From NCBI GenBank assembly GCA_026391515.1, contig JAPLEC010000457.1, forward strand, positions 1 through 59,724: DNA of 59,724 bases, written 5' to 3'. Below, piece after piece: positions 1 to 8,125 of this stretch. A model generated the notes under the pieces. It saw only the letters and a list, made by a program, of their open reading frames with translations, was not told where the DNA came from and did not search any database. Numbering within the stretch: the stretch's first letter is position 1; each line of letters starts with the position of its first letter. The stretch is from Bacteroidia bacterium. Lineage in GTDB: Bacteria; Bacteroidota; Bacteroidia; Bacteroidales; VadinHA17. The position numbers and the translations under genes were made by a program.

Positions 1-674
1 TTAATACTTCCTTCAAGCTGTTCTTTTGCATCATCGGGGAAAGGTTTTCCAAGAACGTCTTTTATCTTCTTCTTAGATTCTTCCGAGAGGAATATTAATT
101 CCTGTGCATTTATTTCAGTATCAGATTTATATCCTTTTTTATGTTTGAATTCATTAAGCATTTCATCAAGCTGTTTACGGATACCTTTTCCTTCACCAAG
201 ATCAATACCTTCAGCTTTTTCCATAACAACATCAGCATACATCATAATAAGCCTGCGGTAAGAATCCCATACAAACCTTGGATTTTTAGTCTTTTTAAGA
301 AATCCGGGTATAGTTGTTGAACAGAGTCCTATATTAAGCACTGTATCCATCATTCCTGGCATCGATTTGCGTGCACCGGAGCGGCATGAAACAAGAAGTG
401 CATTTTCCGGATCGCCATAATTCATTTTCATCGTTTCTTCAGTCAGTTTCATTGCTGCCCAGACTTCCGGCATCAGGTCGGGATGAAGAGTACAGTTGTT
501 CTGGTAATATTCTGTGCAAGCCTCGGTGGTAATAGTGAAACCTGCAGGAACAGGCAGGCCTAAGAGGCACATTTCTGCCAGATTAGCTCCTTTACCTCCG
601 AGAAGGTTCTTCATATCAGCTTTACCCTCGGCAGTTTTCTTGCCAAAGGAGTATACTCTTTTTATTTTTGACAT
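1..674 (-). CDS. ppdK: pyruvate, phosphate dikinase, N-terminal part (gene continues past window start)
   Basis: Manual reverse translation from ATG at 674..672 gives MSKIKRVYSFGKKTAEGKADMKNLLGGKGANLAEM... This is the PPDK ATP-grasp N-terminus with the GGKGANL motif. The frame stays open to position 1. It is absent from the ORF track because it is truncated. Confidence 0.85.
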   Translation of the reverse strand, partial: MSKIKRVYSFGKKTAEGKADMKNLLGGKGANLAEMCLLGLPVPAGFTITTEACTEYYQNNCTLHPDLMPEVWAAMKLTEETMKMNYGDPENALLVSCRSGARKSMPGMMDTVLNIGLCSTTIPGFLKKTKNPRFVWDSYRRLIMMYADVVMEKAEGIDLGEGKGIRKQLDEMLNEFKHKKGYKSDTEINAQELIFLSEESKKKIKDVLGKPFPDDAKEQLEGSI

Positions 675-723
675 AATATTATGGTTTTGAAATAGTTAAT
701 TATTGATTTTTCGAAATAGGTTG

Positions 724-731
724 CAAAGTTA
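724..731 (-). promoter_or_regulatory. Bacteroidota -7 promoter box TAACTTTG (TAnnTTTG) upstream of ppdK
   Basis: The plus strand reads caaagtta, so the minus strand reads TAACTTTG. It lies about 50 nt upstream of the ppdK ATG. Confidence 0.4.
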
Positions 732-773
732 ATACAAAAATTGAATTTCTAAAATGGTGCAGAACACACTATT

Positions 774-1673
774 TTAAGCACGGGGATGGAACATAATGAG
801 GGTGTCGCGCAAAAAGCTCCTGTCGATATGGGTATAGATTTCAGTCGTGAGAATTGATTCATGGCCGAGCATTTCCTGAACTGCCCTTAGATCGGCTCCG
901 CCTTCAATCAGATGTGTTGCAAATGAGTGGCGGAAAGTATGCGGACTGATTTTTTTCCTGATGCCGGCTTTTGCAGCTAAGTCTTTTATAATAGTGAATA
1001 TCATTGCTCTTGTCAGCCTCCTGCCTCTGCGATTCAAAAACATGATGTTCTGATCATATATTACAGGAAGCCTGTTCCTATCAGGCTTATAATTATCAAT
1101 TTCTTTCAGTGCTTTATTGCTGATCGGGACTAGCCTCTGCTTATTCCCTTTCCCGGTCACAGTCACAAATCCTTCACCATAATGGATGTCAGTAATCCTG
1201 AGATTCACAAGCTCCGAGACACGCAAGCCGCAACCATAGAGTGTTTCAATTATAGCCTTATTTCTGTGTCCTTCTGGTCTGCTCAGGTCTATTACCTTTA
1301 TCATGGAGTCAATCTCGTTGACAGAGAGAACTTCAGGGAGCTTGAATCCTATCTTTGGCGATTCAATAAGTGAAGCAGGATTTTCTGAAATTTCTTCCTC
1401 AATAAGCAAAAACCTGAAGAATGCCCTTATCCCTGAAATAATCCTTGATTGGGTTCTTGTGTTCTGATTATCAGCACCAAACCATGCCAGAAATTCCTTA
1501 AGATTCTGGTATGTCACACCCGTTGGGGATTTATTGATTCCATTTTCAACAAAGAATTTTTCAAGCTTGAGAACATCATCCTTATATGCTTCGATACTGT
1601 TCTCAGATAACGATTTCTCAAGCCTGAGATATGTTTCAAAATCCTTTATTGCCTGTTTCCACGATAGGCTCAT
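774..1673 (-). CDS. xerD: site-specific tyrosine recombinase XerD/XerC
   Basis: 299 aa. N-terminal SAM-like domain (AIKDFETYLRLEKSLSENSIEAY) and a C-terminal catalytic region with HTFRHSFATHLIEGGADLRAVQEMLGHESILTTEIYTH (R..HxxR..Y). Confidence 0.85.
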   Translation of the reverse strand: MSLSWKQAIKDFETYLRLEKSLSENSIEAYKDDVLKLEKFFVENGINKSPTGVTYQNLKEFLAWFGADNQNTRTQSRIISGIRAFFRFLLIEEEISENPASLIESPKIGFKLPEVLSVNEIDSMIKVIDLSRPEGHRNKAIIETLYGCGLRVSELVNLRITDIHYGEGFVTVTGKGNKQRLVPISNKALKEIDNYKPDRNRLPVIYDQNIMFLNRRGRRLTRAMIFTIIKDLAAKAGIRKKISPHTFRHSFATHLIEGGADLRAVQEMLGHESILTTEIYTHIDRSFLRDTLIMFHPRA

Positions 1674-1739
1674 AATTATCAGTTTAATCCCTTAGTGCTC
1701 TTCGCGATTTTCCTTTGTGCTCTTCGTGGTTAAGTTTTT

Positions 1740-1774
1740 TTAACCACAAAGGACACAATCCCGAGTACTCGGGA
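1740..1774 (+). repeat. 35-nt dispersed repeat TTAACCACAAAGGACACAATCCCGAGTACTCGGGA, copy 1
   Basis: Identical to the reverse complement of 23989..24023. Contains the 20-nt perfect palindrome AATCCCGAGTACTCGGGATT (1757..1776). Flanked by further CACAAAGG/CCTTTGTG cores at 1712..1719 and 1786..1793. Confidence 0.9.
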
Positions 1775-1862
1775 TTACAAAGTAACACAAAGGCAGGATA
1801 CCTTTTTATTTCAAATGGATAATTATTTTACCTACTTTTACCATTTATAATTATTACCTGAA

Positions 1863-2291
1863 ATGAAGATTAGCATTATAAATGGTCCTAACCTTAATCT
1901 TCTTGGGAAGCGTGAACCTGAAAAATACGGAAACCAGTCCTTCGATGATTACCTCTTAATATTAAAGGCAAAATATCCGGAGATTAATTTTGAGTATTTC
2001 CAATCAAACGTTGAAGGTGAACTGATAAATGAAATCCATAAGAAGGGCTTCGCATCTGATGGCATTATACTTAATGCAGGCGGATATACACATACTTCCG
2101 TTGCAATTGCTGATGCCATTGCATCAATCAAAGCTCCTGTAATTGAGGTACATATAACAAATATTGCAGCCCGCGAAGAATTCCGGCATATCAGCCTGAT
2201 AGCTCATAGCTGTACTGGTTCAATTTCAGGTTTCGGACTCGACAGCTACAGACTGGCAGTTGAGGCAATTACAGGGAAATACAAGAATTAA
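1863..2291 (+). CDS. aroQ: type II 3-dehydroquinate dehydratase
   Basis: 142 aa. INGPNLNLLGKREPEKYG ... NAGGYTHTSVAIADA ... EVHITNI are typical AroQ motifs. Confidence 0.92.
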   Translation: MKISIINGPNLNLLGKREPEKYGNQSFDDYLLILKAKYPEINFEYFQSNVEGELINEIHKKGFASDGIILNAGGYTHTSVAIADAIASIKAPVIEVHITNIAAREEFRHISLIAHSCTGSISGFGLDSYRLAVEAITGKYKN

Positions 2292-2301
2292 ACAAAGAAA
2301 G

Positions 2302-3738
2302 ATGGTCAGGAAAAGAACAAAGATTGTCGCTACTTTATCAGATAAAAACTGTGAACCTGGTTTCATTGAACAGCTTTATGATGAAGGTATGGATGTGGTC
2401 AGGATTAATTCTGCCCATCTGGATATTGAGGGAGCTCTGCGTATAATCAGGAACGTCCGAAAAGTTTCCGACAAAATAGCAATCCTTGTCGATACAAAGG
2501 GACCGGAGATCCGTACAACTGTTTGTGATTCCCCTATCGCTGTCAAAAAAGGAAAATCCTATCGTATGACAGGTGATCCAGCGAAAAAATCGACAGCTGA
2601 ATCAATCAATGTAAGCCTGAAAACCTTTGCTAAAGAGATTCCTCTGGGATCACAGATCATGATAGATGATGGAGAAATTGAACTGAAAGTGCTGCGAAAA
2701 GAAGGAAACACTCTTGTATGCAAAGCTGACAATGATGGTTTAATTGGTTCAAGAAAAAGTGTAAATATCCCCGGTGTAAAAATAGACCTGCCTTCAGTCA
2801 CAGAACGAGATAAGCAATTTCTTGAAATGGCTGCAAAAAATGAGGTCGATTTCATCGCACACTCATTTGTAAGGTCAAAACAGGATGTTCTTGATGTTCA
2901 AGCTGTTCTGGACAAATATAATAGTGATATCAAGATCATTGCCAAGATTGAAAACGAGGAGGGCGTTGAAAATATTGCTGATATTCTGGATGTCGTTTAC
3001 GGGATAATGGTTGCCAGAGGAGATCTTGCAATCGAGATTCCTTATGAGAAAATTCCTCCTATTCAGAAGATGATAATTTCAAGATGTATCTACTGCAGAA
3101 AGCCGGTGATTGTTGCAACGCAGATGCTTCATTCCATGATAACCAATCCCCGCCCGACAAGAGCTGAAGTAAGTGATATAGCCAGTGCAATATATTCGCA
3201 AACCGATGCAATAATGCTGAGCGGCGAGACTGCCAATGGCAAATATCCGGTTGAAGCAGTTAAAACAATGACTAAAGTCGCCCTGGAAGTCGAAAATAAC
3301 AAAGAAAAATTTCTTGAGACTCCTTATCTGAATGTCACCGGCGAAATATCTGCGTATCTGGCAAAAGTAGCTGTAAAAACATCCTTAAGAATAGCTGCTA
3401 AAGGAATTATCGCAGATACGGTAAGAGGGAGGACAATCAGGGATATGGCTTCATTCAGAGGATTTAATCTTATCATGGCACAATGTTATTCTGAAAGGAC
3501 CATGAGAGAGCTGGCACTCTCATACGGGGTATATGCAAGCTTTCAGGAGCGGAGAAATTCTATTAATGAGTTTATCCATATCGCATTGAAAAACCTTACC
3601 AAGGCACACGATCTTAAAGGGAATGATATTATTGTTGTGCTTGCCGGAAATTTCTCAGGAGGATCCGGCTTCTCATTTATTGAAGTAGGTACAGTGCAGT
3701 ATCTGAAAGACCGTATCAGCATAAAAGATGACCATTAA
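2302..3738 (+). CDS. pyk: pyruvate kinase
   Basis: RKRTKIVATLS ... MDVVRINSAH ... DTKGPEIRT ... MVARGDLAIEIP ... ATQMLHSM. The ATG at 2302 is preferred over the TTG at 2260, which overlaps the aroQ 3' end. Confidence 0.92.
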   Translation: MVRKRTKIVATLSDKNCEPGFIEQLYDEGMDVVRINSAHLDIEGALRIIRNVRKVSDKIAILVDTKGPEIRTTVCDSPIAVKKGKSYRMTGDPAKKSTAESINVSLKTFAKEIPLGSQIMIDDGEIELKVLRKEGNTLVCKADNDGLIGSRKSVNIPGVKIDLPSVTERDKQFLEMAAKNEVDFIAHSFVRSKQDVLDVQAVLDKYNSDIKIIAKIENEEGVENIADILDVVYGIMVARGDLAIEIPYEKIPPIQKMIISRCIYCRKPVIVATQMLHSMITNPRPTRAEVSDIASAIYSQTDAIMLSGETANGKYPVEAVKTMTKVALEVENNKEKFLETPYLNVTGEISAYLAKVAVKTSLRIAAKGIIADTVRGRTIRDMASFRGFNLIMAQCYSERTMRELALSYGVYASFQERRNSINEFIHIALKNLTKAHDLKGNDIIVVLAGNFSGGSGFSFIEVGTVQYLKDRISIKDDH

Positions 3739-3784
3739 TTGGTCTGATTTTTGCGGATCTATTTTAGCCTGAAACTGTTGAAAA

Positions 3785-4267
3785 ATGTTAAAAACCCTGA
3801 TTCTTTCAATAGTGCTTCTGTTTCACCCGGTTCATGTTTCACTGACAAGCATTGACCATGTTCCCGGAACTGATTCCCTGAAGGTTTTTGTAAAGATGTT
3901 CTATGACGATTTTCTGCTTGATTATAAGTTATTTGACGGTGAAAATGAATCGGTAAAAAAAATGACTACGGGTCAGCTGTTCCCGGCCGAACTTATGAAT
4001 AAATATCTTGATAAAAAAGTTAATATATCTATGAACAATAAACAGCTGAGAGGGAAGTTATTAAATCTGACACTTGAAGATAATGAAATCAGCATGAACC
4101 TTGTGTACAAGTCGGATAAAAGACCGAAGACTATCTCTGTAAAAAATATGATCATGACAGGGTTATATAATGATCAGGCAAATATGACTTTGATCAGGGT
4201 AGATGATTTTGAAGAAGGAATCAAGCTGACTCCTGAGCAAACAGAACAAACTTTTAATTTGAAATAA
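3785..4267 (+). CDS. hypothetical secreted protein, possibly DUF6702-like
   Basis: 160 aa. Hydrophobic N-terminus followed by HPVHVSLTSIDH. The family assignment is from memory only. Confidence 0.45.
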   Translation: MLKTLILSIVLLFHPVHVSLTSIDHVPGTDSLKVFVKMFYDDFLLDYKLFDGENESVKKMTTGQLFPAELMNKYLDKKVNISMNNKQLRGKLLNLTLEDNEISMNLVYKSDKRPKTISVKNMIMTGLYNDQANMTLIRVDDFEEGIKLTPEQTEQTFNLK

Positions 4268-4291
4268 ATTCAGGTAACAGGGGATAATGAA

Positions 4292-6871
4292 ATGAAAAGA
4301 TTTTTAGTGCTTGTGCTTTTTATTCTGAATTTTTCTATTCTTTCAGCAACGCATAACAGGGCAGGCGAAATAACATATATCCAGTTATCAGACCTTACCT
4401 ACGAGATCACCATAACAACATTCACCTATACATTAAGTTATGCTGACAGACCCCAGCTGGATGTTCACTGGGGCGATAATTCCGTTTCAACGGCACCAAG
4501 GATAAGCAAGGTTACCCTCCCTAATTATTACAGAAGAAATATCTATAAAATCGTCCACACATTTCCGGGTCCGGGCATTTATAGAATTGTAGTTCAGGAT
4601 CCGAACAGGAATTATGGTGTAAGAAACATACCTAACTCCGTAAACGTGGTGTTCTCAATTTCAACAACTCTGATTGTTAATCCGGCAATGGGATTTAATA
4701 ATACACCTGTACTTCTCAATCCTCCTTATGATAAAGCTGCATTAGGATATATTTTCATTCATAATCCGGCTGCTTATGACCCTGATGGTGACAGTCTTTC
4801 ATATGCACTTACAGTCTGCACACGTGAAGACGGAAGACCAATTGTAGGTTATACTCTGCCACCTGCTACTCATTATATTCGTGTCGATTCTGTCTCAGGC
4901 GACCTGATATGGAATACCCCTGCAGATACAGGTAAATATAATGTTGCCATGGAGATTCAGGAGTGGAGAAATAACAAAAAAATCGGAACCGTTGTGCGTG
5001 ATATGCAGATTGAGGTTTTTAGAACAAATAATAAACCTCCCGTAAACCTTGTACCAAACGATACATGTATAGTAGTTGGAGATAGTATCACTTTTGAAGT
5101 TTCTGCTACTGATGCAAATAATGATCGGATATCCCTGAAAGCAACATCAGGCGTCTTTAGTCTCTCATGTCCGGCAAAATTCTCCGGTATCGATTCATTG
5201 CCTGGAATATCCCATTCAAAATTCAGATGGAAACCTTGCTATGAGGTTGTGAGGAATCAACCTTATAATGTTATTTTCAAATCGGATGATGATAATGAAG
5301 ATATCAAGCTCTCAGATATTGATAATATGGCTATCAAAGTGCTTGGTCCTTCGCCATCTCTTAACAGTGCTATAGCAATTGGTAAGTCTATAAGACTGGG
5401 ATGGAATAATTATGGAACAACAGCAATTTCAGGATTTAGTATTTACAGAAGAGAAGGCATGCAGGATTTCATAATCGATTCCTGTACATCAGGAGTGCCT
5501 GCCTCCACCGGATTTGTCAAAGTAGGATATATCGCTGGCAGTTCAACAGTCTCATTTACAGATACTGATAATGGTCAGGGTCTTCAGTTTGGTAAGAAAT
5601 ATTATTACAGAATTTGTGCTGTTTTCAAGAACGGAACTGAAAGTAAACCATCAAATGAAATTCCCTCCATTCTGGTGTCCGGAATCCCGGTAATTAGAAA
5701 TGTTAGTGTCAGCACTACTGACGCAGTTAACGGCTCTATTTACCTTGCGTGGCAAAAGCTGGCTGACTCCATCAGCCCCCCGTATGAATATCATATATAC
5801 AGAGCACAGGGAGTCGCAGGAACACAATATTCTCTTGTAAAATCATGGACCACAAGCGATAAGAATGATACTGTTTATAATGATAATTCAATAAATACAC
5901 TCGATTACGGATATATTTATAGCATCTCGTTAAGGAGCAATGATACTATAGTTGGCGATTCTTCATTTGCATCGTCAGTCTTTATTACATTAAGCCCCGG
6001 AGATGAAAAAATAAGGTTTATGTTTAACCATAATGATCCATGGATAAATACAAAATATGAAATCTGGAGGTATAATGATGCCATGACTGACTCTGTACTA
6101 ATCGATTCAACCGACCAGATAACATATATAGACGAGGGACTGGAGAATGGCAAGAATTATTGCTACTTCGTGAGATCAACCGGAGGTTACAGTGACCTTA
6201 GTTTGCCCCAGAACCTCGTTAATTCATCCCAGAATGCCTGCTCCACGCCCGTGGATAATGAGCCACCCTGCGTACCTGATATAAACGTTACAAGTCAATG
6301 CCAGGAGATGTCAAATACAGTTACCTGGGAAAAAGCTGATACCGATTGTTTTAACGATATAGCAGGTTATAAAATCTATTACAAGGAGCTTTATGATGAA
6401 AATCTAAGTCTCATACATATAGTAAATAGCAGGGATAGTTTAGTTTATGTACATAATGGACTAAAGATCATCGCCGGATGCTATGCAGTTTCGGCTTTCG
6501 ACTCATTAGGTAACGAAAGTGATAAATCAGTGATGGTGTGCGTTGATTCCTGCAACTTCTTTGAGATACCTAATGTATTTACGCCAAACAACGACGGGAA
6601 AAATGATAAGCTCGTTGCTAAAGCTTCGGGGCTTGTGGAAAAAATTGATTTTAAGCTGTATAACCGTAATGGCTTATTGCTGTTCAATACTGAAAATCCA
6701 AAGATAGAGTGGGATGGAACCTACAAAGGAAGAATCGTTTCTCCCGGAGTATATTTCTATCAGTGCGATGTTTATGAGAGACGGATTACAGGTCTGGAGC
6801 TTTTCCATCTTTCAGGCTTTGTCCACATTTATACCGATGAGTCAAAGGTCGTAGCAGTGCCAACAAAATGA
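4292..6871 (+). CDS. large secreted adhesin-like protein with T9SS type-B (gliding-motility-associated) C-terminal sorting domain
   Basis: 859 aa. Signal peptide, N-terminal ATHNRAGEITY motif, DPDGDSLSY cadherin-like motif and Fn3-like segments. The C-terminus reads FFEIPNVFTPNNDGKNDKL...KLYNRNGLLLF...WDGTYKGRIVSPGVYFYQ, which fits the TIGR04131-type pattern. Confidence 0.8.
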   Translation: MKRFLVLVLFILNFSILSATHNRAGEITYIQLSDLTYEITITTFTYTLSYADRPQLDVHWGDNSVSTAPRISKVTLPNYYRRNIYKIVHTFPGPGIYRIVVQDPNRNYGVRNIPNSVNVVFSISTTLIVNPAMGFNNTPVLLNPPYDKAALGYIFIHNPAAYDPDGDSLSYALTVCTREDGRPIVGYTLPPATHYIRVDSVSGDLIWNTPADTGKYNVAMEIQEWRNNKKIGTVVRDMQIEVFRTNNKPPVNLVPNDTCIVVGDSITFEVSATDANNDRISLKATSGVFSLSCPAKFSGIDSLPGISHSKFRWKPCYEVVRNQPYNVIFKSDDDNEDIKLSDIDNMAIKVLGPSPSLNSAIAIGKSIRLGWNNYGTTAISGFSIYRREGMQDFIIDSCTSGVPASTGFVKVGYIAGSSTVSFTDTDNGQGLQFGKKYYYRICAVFKNGTESKPSNEIPSILVSGIPVIRNVSVSTTDAVNGSIYLAWQKLADSISPPYEYHIYRAQGVAGTQYSLVKSWTTSDKNDTVYNDNSINTLDYGYIYSISLRSNDTIVGDSSFASSVFITLSPGDEKIRFMFNHNDPWINTKYEIWRYNDAMTDSVLIDSTDQITYIDEGLENGKNYCYFVRSTGGYSDLSLPQNLVNSSQNACSTPVDNEPPCVPDINVTSQCQEMSNTVTWEKADTDCFNDIAGYKIYYKELYDENLSLIHIVNSRDSLVYVHNGLKIIAGCYAVSAFDSLGNESDKSVMVCVDSCNFFEIPNVFTPNNDGKNDKLVAKASGLVEKIDFKLYNRNGLLLFNTENPKIEWDGTYKGRIVSPGVYFYQCDVYERRITGLELFHLSGFVHIYTDESKVVAVPTK

Positions 6872-6881
6872 TTAAGAAAAA

Positions 6882-8090
6882 ATGTTGATGAGGAAGATTT
6901 TAATATTGTTTTCAGCTTTATTGCTTTCCGGAGCTGTTTCCGGACAGCAGGGGTATGACTGTTTGCTTAAGGCCAGAGCTCTGAAAGAATCAGGAAAGAC
7001 TGATAATGCTATTGATATTCTCTCGGCTGAATTACAAAACAATAAGGATAGCAGATTATTTATCGAACGAGCTGAAGCATATGCAATTAAAAGAGACTAT
7101 TCAAATGCTATTGCTGATTATAATGCAGCAAACAGCATATCTCATGAATCGGCCGAATATGGTCTGGCAAAGGTTTATGCAATGAAAGGAGACGCAGCCA
7201 CTTCTCTGTATCATCTTGAGATGAACCTGAAATCGCCCTTTAAGAAAAGTGAAAAAGATATTATGCTCGATCCGGTTTTCAGCAAAATTGAAAACAGACC
7301 TGAATGGCGTCAATTTTGGAAAAATGAATGGTTTTCAGTTTTTGATAAAAGCATTGCAGAGATTGAATATTATCTTTCAGCAGGAAAAAATAATGAGGCT
7401 GCATCTATACTGTCAGAGCTTAAGAAAAATTACCCGGGAAGCGAATCAGTATCGTATGCCGATGCATTACTGAATCTTTCAGCAGGCAAGTACGGCGAAG
7501 CAGTTAAGTCATTATCAGATTTGTTGACCATAAATCCTGATAATGAGAAGTATCTGAGAACATTAGCCAAAGCACAGACAGGTGCTTCAAACCCGGCGGG
7601 TGCATCTGTTACCTACTCAAAGCTGATAAGCATGGAGATACCTGATGCTGATCTGCTTCTGCTCAGGGCAGAATGTTACAAAAAGACAGGGGAGACATCC
7701 AGAGCTATATCTGATATTGCAGAATATCTTTCATACTATCCGGAAAACAAAATTGCTTTAAGTCTGGCAGGAAAAATGGAAGCAGCATCAGGTAATAACC
7801 TGAAAGCTCTTGAATATTTTTCTAAAAACCTGAAGCTTCATCCAAACGATCCTGAATGTTATGTCGATCGTGCAAATTCATATTTTTTATCTAAATCATG
7901 GGAATGGGCCATTAAAGATTACAGCATGTCGCTCGACCTGGCGCCCGGTAATTCAGATGTATGGCTGAATAAAGGCATTGCACTGGTTAACACCGGGAAA
8001 ATTGATGACGCCTGTCACGATTTCAAACAATCGTCAGCACTGGGAAATAAAAAGGCAACTGATTATATCAGCAGGTACTGTATAAAATGA
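6882..8090 (+). CDS. tetratricopeptide-repeat protein, secreted/periplasmic
   Basis: 402 aa. Signal peptide and repeated A..Y......Y..A...Y..A TPR-like units. Starts 10 nt after the upstream gene. Confidence 0.7.
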   Translation: MLMRKILILFSALLLSGAVSGQQGYDCLLKARALKESGKTDNAIDILSAELQNNKDSRLFIERAEAYAIKRDYSNAIADYNAANSISHESAEYGLAKVYAMKGDAATSLYHLEMNLKSPFKKSEKDIMLDPVFSKIENRPEWRQFWKNEWFSVFDKSIAEIEYYLSAGKNNEAASILSELKKNYPGSESVSYADALLNLSAGKYGEAVKSLSDLLTINPDNEKYLRTLAKAQTGASNPAGASVTYSKLISMEIPDADLLLLRAECYKKTGETSRAISDIAEYLSYYPENKIALSLAGKMEAASGNNLKALEYFSKNLKLHPNDPECYVDRANSYFLSKSWEWAIKDYSMSLDLAPGNSDVWLNKGIALVNTGKIDDACHDFKQSSALGNKKATDYISRYCIK

Positions 8091-8093
8091 TTG

Positions 8094-8125
8094 CCGGCTA
8101 CCGGCAACCGGTTACCGGTTACCGG
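8094..8125. repeat. five CCGG tetramers at exact 7-nt spacing (CCGGnnn)x5
   Basis: CCGG occurs at 8094, 8101, 8108, 8115 and 8122. The array fills the 28-nt gap between convergent genes and runs over the kinase stop codon at 8119..8121. It is self-complementary in several registers. Confidence 0.85.

Noticed and set aside
2260-2301. TTG-initiated 14-codon N-terminal extension of pyruvate kinase overlapping aroQ.
   Set aside because: The ATG at 2302 gives the canonical PK N-terminus (RKTKIVATL-like). The extension is not needed.
1-3738. ppdK, pyk and the PPDK_N paralogues as one pyruvate/PEP-node gene cluster.
   Set aside because: ppdK and pyk are separated from the paralogues by more than 30 kb of unrelated housekeeping genes and are not co-oriented. 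Their co-occurrence in the window is probably coincidental.
8094-8125. The short tandem arrays at 8094..8125 and 36093..36129, and the hairpin clusters, as CRISPR arrays.
   Set aside because: The units are 7-9 nt with no spacers, or are unrelated hairpins. There is no 25-40-nt repeat/spacer periodicity and no cas genes in the window.
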